Shown in pieces: positions 29,421 to 43,500 of a stretch of 64,000 bases of DNA. This stretch comes from the human T2T-CHM13v2.0 reference genome, Homo sapiens. Where the stretch lies: the NCBI RefSeq assembly GCF_009914755.1, contig NC_060939.1; one strand, 5' to 3'. The notes beneath the pieces are model-generated. The model did not search any database. It saw only the letters and a program-made list of their open reading frames with translations, and was not told the origin of the DNA. Each line of letters opens with the position of its first letter. Within the stretch, counting starts at the first letter, position 1. The position numbers and the translations under genes are program-made.

Positions 29421-31434
29421 TAAACCTATTTAAATAATTTACTCTTCTTTTGACAATGCAGTGGCTGATGGCACTTCTGTTCTTGTTTATTATCTCTGTT
29501 ATTTTCAGTATTTTTACCAGATGATATTTTATATCAGGTTACTGGAAAGCAGCAAACATATTTGTTGTCATATCAGAGATATATTATTTTAAAATTTTAG
29601 AAATTACCTTTTTATGCAGCAAATTTTAGTGACTCCCACCAAACTCTGAAATAAGATGTTTGATCAGTTAATGAAAATTGAGCTCTGATACATAGTTTCA
29701 TACTATATGAGAGTTCTTTGGAAAATACATTTCTAAATATCTTTAAATTGCTATTTTCTCTTCTCCATCTTCTCTCCCACTTGGTGCATTGTCTAAACTG
29801 TCTTTCCCAGGCTTTCCTATTGTTAGAGGAATTATGTAAAAGTGAAGCAAATATTTGAATTCCCGTGAGGTAGGGCACAATATTTAGGTGCTCACAGCCC
29901 CTTTCTGCACAAATAGATCAGAAGTACCCCTTAAGTACAGGGAGCACTACTGAGGTTTCTAGGATGTCAATACCATGACCACAGCTGATTGAACCCAAAG
30001 TTTGTCAAGAAAAAATAAAAATATAAGCTTGTTTTAATTAAATTAATGTACATGCTATAGTTTTGATTTTGATTACTTCCTCTCAAGACAGCCATGACTA
30101 ATCTGTTAAAAAATGAATAGTCAGTTTCTAAGGATGCTACAAAAAATATTTGGCTTTGACTATTTGTAAGTAAAAAATAAAAATAGCATTTATTACTCAA
30201 CTTCCGGTATTTTTACAAAACCACAATTTCTGATATTTTTATAAAACCATTGGGGAAAAATATAAAATCATCTTAGTACTCTGAACTAACAGTGTACACT
30301 TTTCAGAATTATAATCTACAGCTTTCTGAGTTGTGAATAATAGCTTCTTTTAAGGTTACATTAATTTAAAAGGAATCAAATAATATTAAAAGTAATTTTT
30401 GACCATGATTAAAATTGTGATTTAAAATTACTTATTTGAAATGAAATCTAACAAAAAGTGAAAACAAAATCTAATAAAAAGAGATGATATGGTAAAAATT
30501 TAAAGTGACATACAGGAATAAATCAGCATGAGGCAATTTAGTTGGTTAGGCCTAAGCCTTAGATTTTTGGACATGGACTGATTCAAAAGAAATATGCAAC
30601 TATCCTTTGGCACCAAATTCCTCAAACATATTGTTGAGAGTAATTGCTTTCCACTAATTTCCCTCTAATATGGCTCCTAGTTCTTGTACTTTACTATAAA
30701 TGTCTTTCCTGAGGCTATCAATGACTTCTTTCTTGCCAGCTTTAGAGGCCTTTTTCCAGTCTGCCTATTGCTCAATCTTTCCATTATATTTTAGATGGGT
30801 TATCTTATTTTTCTCTCATTTTGCTTGTAGTGTTCTAAATATTCCAAAGGTAATATGTGTTATTTGTAGTGAAATAGAAAATGCAGATTTGATTATTTGT
30901 AATAATCCAGGCTAACATGTTAGTAGAATCCTTCCTGGCTTTTAAGTACATTTTTATATGTTGTATATATGTATTCTGAATTAAGTCAACTGAGGACAGA
31001 GACAGGAATCATTATTACATTAATACTCAGATGTCACTGGCTTTTGCTCCACGTGCTTGCAGAGGACATCAGCCACATCTGCAATGTTCCCCAAGTATTT
31101 CTGGGAGTCCCTGGAGGTGTATCTTGTATACTAACAAGTCTTATCTTAAACTACTGTTACTGCTTTGTCAAATAACTACCTCCATCAGTCATCATGGACA
31201 CTGCTGAACACCAACACTAGGTTTCTAGAGCCCTTTAATTGTAAAAGCAAGGTTGATCTCTCAAAGTAAAAAGGTGGGGGAAAGACATACCAGGAAAATC
31301 AAAAGAATGTTGTGTTAGTTATATTTATATCAGGTAAAAGTGACCAACCAAAAAGCATTACTGGAGATAAAGAGATTATTACATAATAATAACAAAGTTT
31401 ATTTCACAAGTATTTAAACCTTGTTCCCTTCTAT

Positions 31435-31770
31435 CACATTTCAATTCCAAGATGTACATTTTTTTCACATTTTAATATATCTGAAGTCAGAGGCATCTTA
31501 CAGTCAGGCAAGCAGCAAAAGTAATATGATTATAATTGCTTGAACATTTACATCAAAACTTGTAGAATGGGTGTTACTTAGAGGCATGGAAGAAAATTCT
31601 GGAGAAAATAGAAAATAGTGGTGCACTTTTAATAAAGACTGAACAACAGTTGATGATACAGAAGACAGTACTGTATGAAGAAGGGTGGACATGGATGACT
31701 CTTAGTCAAAAAGTGACTCAAGTAAGTCAAACTGAATTCAAGGAAGGTTGAGGAATAATTTAGCCAATTT
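31435..31770. mobile_element. TcMar-Tc2 (Kanga1/MER104-like) DNA transposon fragment
   Basis: 'attccaagatgtacatttttttcacattttaatatatctgaagtc...catcttacagtc' resembles the remembered MER104/Kanga1 end. Confidence 0.5.
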
Positions 31771-31779
31771 ATTTTTCCC

Positions 31780-33150
31780 TAGTTTGATTGAGGAATAATT
31801 TACATACAATAAAATTTACCTATTTTAAGTGTATAGTTTAGTAAGCTTTGGCATTTATATACAGTCATATATCCATGCCCATGATCAATATATAGAACAT
31901 GACCAGAAGTTCCTCATGGCCCCTTGCAGTCAGCGCCTTCCTCCCATTCCCAGTTCTAGGCAAACATCTATCTAGTTTTCGTCAGTATAGTTTTACCTTT
32001 TCCATAACTTAATATTAGTGAAATAATTCAGTATATAGTCTTTTGTGTTTGACACAAGCTTACATTTGTTTGGGTAATTACCTAGATTGCTGTGTTGTAT
32101 TATAAGTATATGTCTAACTTTATGAGACACTGTCAAATTACTTTCTATATGGTGTGATATATGGATCAAGATTAGCTTTTTTAAAATATGGATTTACAAT
32201 TATCCCAGCAGTATTTGTTAAAAAACTATCCTTTCTCCATTTCATTTTATTAAAATTTGTGGGTCTACATCTGGACTGTCTCTTCTTTTCCATTGATTTA
32301 CATGTCTGCATTTTTTATCAGCACTAAACCATCTTAATTACTGTAGTCTTGGAATCAGTTATTGTTAATTCTTCAACATTGCTATTCTTATTCTTTCTCA
32401 AAATTGTTTTGGCTAGTCATTCTATTGTCTTTCCATCTAATTTTAGAATCAGCTGATAAATTTCTACAAAAGTTTTGCTAGGATGTTGATTGGAGAGAAC
32501 TGACATCTTAACAATATTGAGTCCACCAATCCATGAACACAGTGTATCTTTCTGTTTAGTTATCTTTGATATTTTCTGATGATGTTTTGCAGCTTTCAGC
32601 ATACATATTTTGTACATGTTTTGGTAGATTTATACCTAAGCATTTGTAAATAGTACTGCATGTTAAAATTTGATTTCCAATTGTTCATACTAATTATGAA
32701 CATACTAATTATGAATAATTGGAAATCAAATTTTATAGTATATAAAACTATAATTTTATAGAATAGAATTTTATAGTATGGTATATAGAAGTATAATTAA
32801 TTTTTGTATATTGACCTCGCATCCTAAAACTTTGCTAAACTCGCCAACTACTTTCATGAATTTTTTGTAGTCTGGTATTTTCTAAGTACATATGATGTCA
32901 TCTATGAACAAAAAGTTTTATTTCTTCATTTCTAAGATTATCAATTGATTGGCCTCGTTATACAAGGTGGAACCTTCAGTTCTTCAGTATGATTATAAAT
33001 AGTGATGACAGTGGAAATGCCTGTCTTGTTTCTGACATTAAGAGGAAGGCATTTGATTTTTTAATCATTAAATAATGTTAGATGTAGGGTTTTTTTGAGA
33101 TGCCCTTTATTAGGTTGAAGAAGTTCCCTTCTATTCTTAGTTGGATGAGA
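31780..33150 (-). mobile_element. Old L1M (ME/MC-type) fragments
   Basis: Antisense ORF2 remnants (CSWIGGLNIVKMSVL) and 3'UTR-like sequence. Confidence 0.7.
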
Positions 33151-35274
33151 ATCCAATGTTTTAGTCTTCTTTTTCTGATAAACTCCACAAACTAGACATT
33201 ATTATTAGTAGGACCTTTAGATAAATTATTTATTTAGGCCTGCATGCATGTTTATCATCTTGTTTGCTCACCATTCTTCTGGTGTTTCAAAATACTCCAC
33301 TAGTGTTTTTTTTCTTCCTAAAGCATGTACTTTAGAAGTGCCTTTGGTAGGCATACGTGTGTGCCAAATCTCTTAGGTTTTATTTATCTAAAGATATCTT
33401 TATTTCACCCTCATCTTGCAATACAGTATTGGTGAATGAGTGCACAGTTCTAAACTGAAATTATTTTCTTTGATCACTTTTAAGATACAGTAAAATCCCC
33501 TCATACTAAGATTAGTGAGGTTGAATATTTTTAACTTCCTGAAAAGAAGAGTGGGCTTATTGTGATAATTAAAGAAATGAGTCACTTGAGCCTGTCTAGC
33601 TGTTTGACTAGAAGTTCCAGTGGTCTGGCTCTATAATTAAAATATTTGCTCATCCTGGTTGTGGTTTGGCATCACATGGTGGTGGTGGTGGCTATCTGCT
33701 CCAAAATAAATGTCAAATGGTGCCAATTCTGGATCCTGTCTCACTGGCTAGGACTTCCAGAACAGTGGCAGCAATTGTAGTGATCTCGTATTTAGCTGGG
33801 TCCCATTTAGTCGGTCTAATCAAAAGAGATAGGGCTATAAGAATACTGTCAATAAAGGAGTCATCCTCAGGCTCACTGTTTCCTGAGATAGAGTGCTGAC
33901 TTTTCCCACCAATCCCTTACTATGTCCCCTACCCTATAAATTCAGAAGATAGAAGTTTGTCCTACCCAGTTTGAGAATAGAACTAGACAGAAGGCTGCCA
34001 TTCATTAGTGAGTAATTGGTCATTAATAACCAAGCATGCTTGATCCAAATTTTCATTATAATGGGGCTTATCATCATCAAATTCTGCTAATTATTTTATT
34101 GTATTTCTGGCTTTCATTGTAGCTATTAAAACACCTACTTTAATTGCTTCTTTGTAGGTTATTTGTCTTTTTTTCCTCTTGGCTGCTTTAAAGATCTCTT
34201 TTTTCTTTGGTGTTTTGGCATTATGACAGCTCCAGGAATATATTTAAAAATTTATCCTCTTTGTGATGCACCATGCTTCTTGAACTTACATATTTGTATC
34301 TTTCCTAAATTCTGGAAAATTCTAAGGAATTAACTTTTGTAGTATTGCTTCTCAATTTTTCAAATCTATCCTTCTTGAAATCCGATTTTTTTATATGTCA
34401 GATCTTTTCAGTCTAACTTCAGTACTGTTTAACCATTCTCTGTTCATTCTGAATAATTTTTTCAGATATGTTATGGTTTACTAATTATCTGTTTATAATC
34501 TGCCATTCGACCTGTCCATTGAGTATTTTCATTTCAACAAATATGTGTTTAATATCTGCAAGCTTCATTTGATTATTTATCATATTTGCCTGGTCATTCC
34601 TGATGGTCTCTTTTTGCTTGCTCATTGTTGTGATTCTGTCCCTTATTTCTATTTCTTTCTAAATAGATTTTCTCTATTTCACAGCTGATAAAATTTTAAT
34701 ATCTGAATTTATTGGAAGTCTAAATATTTGTTATTTCTTCTAATTTTGCACTTATGGTGACTTGCTTCCTTTATGTCTGGTGATTTTTGATGGTGAACTC
34801 ACATTTTCTTAATCTTAACCTGGGAATTTAGTGGGCTTAACTAGAAATTTTTTCTTGAAAAAGATTTGTGTTTGAATCTGCTAGGACCGTTGGGGCACTA
34901 CCAGTCTAAATGACTTTTAGCCTTTTTGGTTTCTAGATTAGCACAGAGGTCTCAGATTCAGCTCTTCCATATTGCTGTTGATGTAAGCCTTGTTTTCTGA
35001 ATACAGTTCCCTGGGGCATTTTCTCAGCTTAACCTTTTTATTCTTAAATGCCTACTATCAGAAGATCTTGTTTATTTGTGGGGAAGAGATCTGGAGAATG
35101 AGATGTCAGGAGGACACATGGAAATTTCTCCTACTTTCTTCAAGTTCAGTAATGCATAGATAAGTTTTTTTTTTTTTTCCAGAATCTGGTCGTTGTGCAG
35201 TGGAAGGGTGTCCCAGATCATCTAGCTCACAATTTTGTTGAAGAAGAAAATCCCTTTTAACTTAAAAAAAAAAA

Positions 35275-37400
35275 GATTTAATTTTTTAGAAGTTTTACAT
35301 TTGCAGAAAAACTGAGAATATCGTAGAGAGAGTTCCCATATACCCTGCACCTAGTTTTCCCTATTATTACGATCTTACATTAATATGGTTAAATTGTTGA
35401 AATTAGTAGACCATTACTGATACATTAACTGAAGTCCATAGTTTATTCAGAATTCCTTGTATTTTACTATGTCTTTTCCTATTCTAGGGTTTGGTCCAGT
35501 ATGTCACTGATATGGTTAGGCTTTGTGTTCCCACCCAAACCTCATCTTGAATTGTAATCTCCATAATCCCCACGTGTTAAGAGAGAGACGTGGTGGGAGG
35601 TGATTGAATCATGGGAGTGGTGTCCCCCATGCTGTTCTCGTGATAGTGAGTGATGTCTCATGAGATCTGATGGTTTTATAAGTGTCTGACATTTCCTCTT
35701 TCACGTACTTGCTCTCTCTCCTGCCGCCACGTAAGACATGCCTGCTTCTCCTTCCGCCATGATTGTTAAGTTTCCTGAGGCCTCCCCAGCCATGCAGAAC
35801 TTTGAGTCCATTAAACCTCTTTCCTTTATAAATTACCCAGTCTCAGGTATTTTTTATAGCAGTGTGAGAACAGACTAATATAATCACTTTACAAAGCTGT
35901 TATATCTCTTTAAGCTCCTCTTGGCTGTGACAGTTTCACAGCCTTGTTTTGGTTGACCTTGACAATTTTGAGGAGTATTGGTTGGATATTTTATAGGATA
36001 CCCCTTTACTAGAAATTTTTATTGTGGTCAAATATACATAAAATTTACCATGTCAACCATATTTTAATTTGGTGGCATTAAATGTAATATATTCATAAAG
36101 TTGTGCAATGATTTAATAATCTTTATCCATTTTCAGAACTTTTTCATCATCTCAAACAGAAACTCTGTACTCATGAAAAAATAACTCCCTATTTTCCTCT
36201 CTCCCTAGTCCCTGGTAAACTCTGTTTTCTGTCTCTATGAATTAACCATTTCTAGGCACCTTAAATAAGTGGAATTATGCAATGTTTGTCCTTTTGTGTC
36301 TGGCTTATTTCACTTAGCAAAATGCTTTCAAGTTTCATTCATGTAGTAGCATGTCTCAGAATTTCATTTCTTTTTAAGGCTGAATATTATTGTATTGTCC
36401 ATTCTATGTATACACAAATTTTGTTTTTATCATTTTATTAGTTACAGGAGAGTTTTATTTCTTCTTTTGGATTTTCTTTTTTAAAAAAATTTTCTTTATA
36501 GACATTCATGTCATCTATACACAAAGATGGTTTATTTCTTCCTTCCTTATCTGTATACTCCTTATTCCCTTTTATTGTCTTATTGCACTAGCTAGAACTT
36601 CAGATGTAATATTAAATAATAATGATGATAAAGGACATGTTTGTGTTGTTCCTGATCTTAGGGAGAAAGCATCCAATTTCATTAAGCTGTAGATATTTTG
36701 TGGAAGTTCTTTATCAACTTGAGGATATTTCCCTGTAGTCCTAGTTTTCTGAGAGTTTGTACCTTCAGGGGTGTTGGATTTTGTCAAATGCTTTTGCTGC
36801 ATGAATTTATATGATCATATAATTTTTCTTCTTTATCCTCTTGATGTGCTGAATTCATTGATTGATTTTAGAATATTGAACCATCCTTGTATACTGAGAA
36901 TAAATCCCACTCCATTGTGTTGCATAATTCTTTTTAGACATTGTTGGATTATATTGGCTAAAATTTTGTTAAGGGTTTAAAAATCTATATTCATGAGGGA
37001 TATCAGCTTGTAGTTTTCCTATAATGTCTTTAACTGCTCTTAGTATTAGGGTAATGCTAGAGTCATGGAATGAGTTGGGAAGTGTTCCTTCTGCCTTTAT
37101 TTTCCCAAAAAAGATTATGTAGAATTGTTATTTCTTCCTTAAATGTATGTTAGAATTCACCAGAGAAACCATCTGGGACTGGTGATTTCTTTCTTGGAAG
37201 GTTATTGACTCAATGTCCTTGCCTACTCAGATTATCTATTTCTCCTTGCATGAGTTTTGGTAGTTTGTATCTTTCAAGTAATTGGTCCATTTCATCTAAT
37301 TTATTAAATGTTGGGGTATAGAGTTCATAGTATTCCTTTATTATCCTTTTAATTTTCATGGGACAATTGATGACTTATTTTCCATTTCTAATGTTGGTAC
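35275..37400 (-). mobile_element. Mosaic of old L1M fragments (MC/MD/MB-type 3' ends and ORF2)
   Basis: Antisense ORF2 remnant (AFSLRSGTTQTCPLSSLLFNITSEVLASAIRQ) and 3'UTR motifs. Confidence 0.75.
35508..35882 (+). mobile_element. THE1D/MST-type MaLR solo LTR
   Basis: 'tgatatggttaggctttgtg...cagactaata'; 5-bp TSD gtcac/atcac. Confidence 0.9.
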
Positions 37401-37422
37401 TGTATTGTTTATATTTTTTAAT

Positions 37423-37928
37423 TTTCTGTATATTATGATGTTTAGACATCTTTAAAAAATCCTTTCTGGCTTGGGAGAAACTGCTTCCTCCTGGGGCAAG
37501 CCAATTCTTAGCTAAGCAAAAGGGCTTAGCCAGGGAGCATGGCTTTGATATATAAAAAACTAATATGAAGCCATACCTCTTCTGTCTGGTCCATATACAA
37601 CAGGCCTTCCTCTGTCTTAGCCATTGCAGAGCTATGTACCAGATAATTAAGGACAACCTTTATACTCCGGGGCCCTCTGAAATTATTCATAGTAGCCAAT
37701 CCTAATGGGTTTACTCTACCTTGCTTTTCCTGTGGAAACTCCAATAGAGGCTCTAGTCCAGGCTTTTCTCTTCCTCCTGTTTTCTGCCTCCTGACTATCC
37801 CGAGGCTTCCCCATGTAACCCTGTATGGCATGGCATGCGTCCTATTTCTAGGACCTGTGAGTATAATAAATGTTGTTTTCCTCTCATGGCCACACCTGAC
37901 TGACCATCACAGAAAATAACACAGAACA
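37423..37928 (+). mobile_element. MER74-like ERVL LTR
   Basis: 'gacatc...gggagaaactgc..cctcctggggcaagccaattcttag'; AATAAA ~37865. Confidence 0.6.
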
Positions 37929-38404
37929 GGTTACTTGGATCTTCTCTTTTTCTTGGTTAGCACAGCTATAAGTTTATTGATTTTAACTAGATTGTGGTTT
38001 CTGTGATTTTCTCTATTGTTTCCCTGTTTCAGTTCCATTGATTTATGTTCTAATGTTTATTGTTACTTTTCTTTTGCTTTAAGTTTAATATTTTTCCTTT
38101 AGCTGCCTTGAAGGTAGACATTCAGAGTTTAGATTTTTCTTCTTTTCTAATATATGCATTGAATGCTAAGCACTCCAAGCACTGCTTTCATAACATTCCA
38201 CAGGTTTTGATAAGTTATATTTCAAATTTTATTTAGTTCAAAATGTTTTTTTAATTCCTCTAGATATTTACTTGATCCATGTATTATTTAGAAGTATGAA
38301 TTTAATTTGCAAATATTTTGTGGGTGTCCAGCTGTTTTGTTATTGATTTTTAGTTTAGTTTTATTGTGCTCTGGGACCACAATAAAATAGTTTGTATAAT
38401 TTCG

Positions 38405-38855
38405 GTTATAGGTTAAAGTGTGCCACCTCCCCCTCCCTACCATATATTGAAGTCCTAACCCCCAGTACCTGTGAATATGGTCTTTACAGATGTAATCACG
38501 TTAGGATGAGGTCATTAGGGTGGCCCACATCCGATATTACTGGAGTCTTCATGAAAAGCAGGAATGCCATGCAAAAGCAGAAACACACAGGGGAAATGCT
38601 ACATGATTATAGAGGCAGAGAGAGGTTGTAGTGATGCAGCTGCAAGCCAAGGAATGCCAAGAAGTGACAGCCACCATAGAAGCTAGAAAGAGGCAAAGAA
38701 AGAGTCTCCCCTGCAGGTTTCAAGCAAAACATAGTCCTGGTGATACTTCTACCCTGGTTTTGGACTTCTAGCCTCCAGACCCATGAGACAATAAATTTCT
38801 GTTGTTTTAAGCCACTCACTTGGTGGTGCTTTATTACAGCTACCCTAAACTATAT
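38405..38855 (+). mobile_element. MLT1B/C-like MaLR LTR within old L1
   Basis: 'catatattgaagtcctaacccccagtacc...ataaatttctgttgttttaagccac'. Confidence 0.8.
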
Positions 38856-40093
38856 AATTTATATTCTTTTAAATTTATTAAAGTGTGTTATGGCTAGAAT
38901 GTGTTCTAGCTTGGTGAATGTTCCATGCGACCTTGAGAAAAATGTGTATTCTGCTGTTATTGAAATGAGTATTCTATAAATGTCAATTAGATCAAGCTAA
39001 TTGATGGTGCTGTCCAGAGCAACTCTTGCTGATTTTCTGCCTGCTTAACCTGTTAATTACTGAAGGAGTAGTATTGAAGTCTCCAAATATAATGATGGAT
39101 TTGTCTATTTCTCTTTGCAAGTCCTACCAGTTTTTGCCTCATGCATTTTGACACTACTGTTAGGAGGATTTACACCAGGATTGTTCTATCCCCTTGGAGA
39201 ATTGACCTCTATCATTAATGCTCCTCTTTGTCCCTGATAATTTTCCTTGTTCTGATGTCATCTTTGTTTGAAATTAATATAGCGACTCCAGCTTCCTTTT
39301 GATTAGTGCTAGCATAGTGTTCCTTTCTTTATCCCTCGATGTTGTAAATAGTTTATTTTTAAGATGTTTTAACAGCTTGAGTGATTTATTTCACATATCT
39401 ATATTTACCCATATAAAGTGTACTATTAATTGGCTTTTAGTGTATTCACAGAGTTGTACACCATCAACACAATTGATTTTAGAATATTTTCACTAGCGCC
39501 CCCCAAACCCTGCAACTCCTTAGCTAACCCTCCATCATCTGCCAAGCCTAGACAACTACTAATCTACTTCTGTCACTATGGATTTGCCTATTGCGGACAT
39601 TTCCTACAATATGTAGTCATATTGAAATAGAATCCTATAGTATGTGATCTTTTGTGAAAGAAATTAGATAATACTTGGTCTTTTGTGAATGGCTTCTTTC
39701 ACTTAGCATAATATATTCAAGGTTCATCCATATTGTGGTATACATGTACTTCATTCTTTCTCATTTCTGAATAATATTCCATTGTATGAATATACCACTT
39801 TTTATTTAATTACTAATCAGTTTATGACCATTATGGGTTTGTTTTGCATTTTGGCTGTTATGAATAATCCTGACATAAACATTTGTACATATACTTTTCA
39901 TGTGGGTGTGTTTTCATTTTCCTTGGGTGTATACCTAGCAGTGGTTGCTGGATTGTTTGGTAACTCTGTGTATAAACTATTGAGGAATTGCTAGACCATT
40001 TTCCACAGTGGCTGCACAATTTTCCCATTCCCACTAACAGTTTATGAGGGTTCAAGTTTCTCTACATCCTCCTCTACACGTTATTGTCCATCC

Positions 40094-40293
40094 TTTTTTT
40101 TTTTTTTGAGATGGAGTCTCCCTCTGTCACCCAGGCTGGAGTGCAGTGGTGCTATCTCGGCTCACTGCAACTTCTATCTCCCAGCATTTCACCATGTTGG
40201 CCAGGCTGGTCTCAAACTCTTGACCTCTGGTGATCTGCCCGCCTCAGCATCCCAAAGTGCTGGGATTACAGGTGTGAGCCACCGCGCCTGGCT
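40094..40293 (-). mobile_element. AluS with internal deletion (~110 bp incl. linker)
   Basis: Junction 'ctatctcccagc|atttcaccatg' ~40183; TSD TCCATCCTTTT on both sides. Confidence 0.85.
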
Positions 40294-40489
40294 ATCCATC
40301 CTTTTGATTATCGCCATTCTAGTGGGTGTCAAGTGGCATTTCATTTTGGTTTTAATTTTCATTTCCCTGAGGACAATACTGAGCATCTTTTCATGTGCTT
40401 TTTGCCTACTTGTATATGTTCTTTGGAGAAATCCCTATTTCTTTGCCCATTTTTAACTTGGGTTGTCTTTTTTAAAAATTTTTTTAAAT

Positions 40490-40805
40490 TGTTTTTCTTT
40501 TTTTTTTTGAGACAGGGTCTCACTCTGTGACCCAGGCTAGAGTGCAGTGGTGTGACCATGGCTCTTTGCAGCCTTGATCTCCCTGGCTCAAGTGATCCTC
40601 CCACCTCAGTCTCCTAGTAGTTGGGACTACAGGCATGTACCACTGGACCCAGCTAATTTTTATTTATCTATTTCCTTTTTTTTTTTTTGTAGAGATGGAG
40701 TCTTGCTGTGTTGCCTTGGCTGGTCTGGAACTCCTGGGCTCAAGTGATCCTCCTGACTTAGCCTCCAAAGTGCTCATATTACAGGCATGAGCCACTGCAC
40801 CTACC
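40490..40805 (-). mobile_element. AluJ
   Basis: J diagnostics 'gggtctcactctg', 'ggctcaagtgatcctcc'. Confidence 0.9.
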
Positions 40806-40964
40806 TATTTTTGAATTTTAATACTTCTTTATATAGTCCAGACACAAGTTATTTATCAGATATATAATTTGCAAGAATTTCCCCTCTTCCTGTGGTCTTG
40901 TTACTTTATTTATGGTATCTTTTGAAACTAAAGGTTTTTAGTTTTGATAATGTCTAGTTTATCT

Positions 40965-41277
<313 letters not shown>

Positions 41278-41629
41278 TCTTTTTTCTTTTCTTTTTTTTT
41301 TTTTTTGCTACTGCTTTTGGTGTCATATCTAAGAATCCATCAAGGATTCTCAGAATTGTAATTCAAGGTCATAAAGATTTACACCAACAGTTTCTTTGAA
41401 GAGCTTTAGAGTTTTAGCTCCTAAGTTTAGGTCTTTGATACATTTTAATTTTTGTATATGGTGTGAAGTTAAGGGTCTAATTGCATTTGGATATCCAGTT
41501 GTCTCCCCATCTGTTGAAGACAATTATTTTCCCATTGAATGGTCTTGCACCCTTTCTAAAGATCAGATGACCATACATCATATCACGGTTTATTTTTGGA
41601 TGTCAATTTTATTCCAAAACAATTGAAAT

Positions 41630-41850
41630 TGTTAACCGCTTACGTGTTTCAGGCATGATCCTAAGCACGAATTCATTTGCTTCTCATAATAACTGTGAAG
41701 TGGGCACTATTCTCACTTCCATTTGACAAATGAAGTGGCCGATATACAGAGTGATTTGCCCAAGGCCATATAACTGGTAAGTGGCAGTGCCAGGATAATA
41801 ATTTAGGTTGACTAACTTGAGAGCCTGAGTCTTAGCCATGCATGCTGTAA
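41630..41850 (+). mobile_element. MIR
   Basis: 'ccatttgacaaatgaag...gtgatttgcccaaggccata..actggtaagtggcag'. Confidence 0.75.
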
Positions 41851-42242
41851 ACAAAAATTAGAAATCAAAACTTCTGAATTCCACTGAAGAGCTCACTTTA
41901 AGCAAACGGGGTGAAGGTCGGATTAGCCACTAACGGTTTGAAAAGCACAACAGGGAGGGATTGCCTCACCAGCTTGCTTTCTATAGAGTAGCGGCAAAGG
42001 ACCTGCCTGTTTTGGCTGAAACTCTTTCAACCCCCACAAGTTGAGAATTTGCACTAACTAAGTCGAATTTGCAGTTAGGAAGCCTTCCTGGGTTCCTGGG
42101 ACAGCGCCGAGTGCTGCGAGCAAAGGCCGAGCCCGCTGCCAGAGGCTCGCGCCGCTCGCAGCACAGAACCTGAGAGTGGGAAGGCGTAGGCGCCCGGGCG
42201 GGAGGCACCCGGGATGTGGAAACTCTCGCGGGAAGATGCGTC

Positions 42243-42256
42243 GTTGCCTCGGTAAC
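42243..42256. promoter_or_regulatory. RFX X-box
   Basis: GTTGCC-TC-GGTAAC fits GTNRCC(N0-3)RGYAAC, ending 20 nt upstream of the ATG. Confidence 0.8.
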
Positions 42257-42275
42257 CGCGTCGCAGTCGCCGAAG

Positions 42276-42302
42276 ATGGCGGGGCGAAGTCTGTGTCTCA
42301 CG
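42276..42302 (+). CDS. TEX9: TEX9 coding exon 1 (MAGRSLCLT)
   Basis: AAGATGG strong Kozak; donor ACG|gtcagt; peptide recognised as the TEX9 N-terminus. Confidence 0.93.
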
Positions 42303-42382
42303 GTCAGTTCAACTCCAGGCTCCTGGGGAGCGTCTGGGTTCCGGCGACTAGGACGCCTAACTTCCTTTAACTTCGGGTCTGA

Positions 42383-42496
<114 letters not shown>

Positions 42497-42929
42497 TAAG
42501 AAATTCGGCGGTTGAACTTTTCCTTCTTTCTTTCATCTGAATGAGGCTGCTTACAAGTACTTTTTTCTGGAGACTGGCTGGATCTTCGGGACCACTCACT
42601 CTGCAGCATTCCCTTCTCGTCATCTCGTTCACCTGCCGTTTATCCTTTCTTTGTCTTTGATCTGAGTAGTTCGCCTGCGTATTAGAAGATATTTGAAGTG
42701 GGCGAAAATTTAGCCCAAGTAAGCATGTTGTTTAATTTAAAACGTAGCCCAAGTAAACAGCAAGATACTGTTGGAAGTTATTTGGGTAGCAGGAATTGCC
42801 ACGAATAGTTAGTTCACTTGATAGTTTAGGTTATTTCGCTTAATATCAAGTTCATAGAGTTTACCTTGTGTAAATTTCCTTTAGGTTGGTTTCTAAATTG
42901 AAAGGATGCTTCCCACTGCAATCAGAATT

Positions 42930-43500
42930 ACCATTCTCGTTCAAATATTCCTTTTCTTATCTGTTCTCAGTGTAATTACAACTATCCTGACAACGGTGCT
43001 TTCATTCTTGGCCCATTCTACTCCTCATCCCCAAGTTTTCACACAGCAGCCAGTGTAATCTTTTAATTTGATCTACCATGCCTTTGCTTAAAATTCTACA
43101 GTAGTTTCCTGTTGCATTTCAAAAGCTCTGATCGATGTGGCTCCTCCTGCCTCCTCTATTTGATCTTATTCCCTCTTCCCCTTTTCCCCCTAAAACTCTC
43201 CAGCTTCACTGGCCTTTTAGTTCCAAAAACTCTTCCAGGTTTTCTTTCTATCTCAGGAAAGAGACAGTCACACACGCCTTCAACCTGTAATGTGAGTGGC
43301 CTTCCTTGACCATGCTAAGTAGGCTCCCTTGTTGGTCTTTTTCATTGTCTCAGTGATTTTTCTTTCTAATTAGCATAATTTGTTACAATAAATTCATTTG
43401 TGAATTTCCTTTTTGTCTGTCTCCACTGGACTGTAAGTTCCAAGGGCAGAGGCGATGTCTGTTTTATTTGCCATCATACATACCCTTATAAAAAAGTGCC
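42930..43500 (+). mobile_element. L2 fragment
   Basis: 'cacacagcagccagtgtaatcttt', 'ctccactggactgtaagttccaagggcag'. Confidence 0.7.

Noticed and set aside
30431-30446. 16-nt exon-like piece on the minus strand (cactttttgttag / gtaatt)
   Set aside because: Would put TAA in frame with the proposed microexon chain, so it was excluded; it shows how easily such sites arise by chance.
41981-42370. Antisense and alternative-frame ORFs in the CpG island
   Set aside because: Expected scarcity of stop codons in GC-rich DNA; no recognisable protein.
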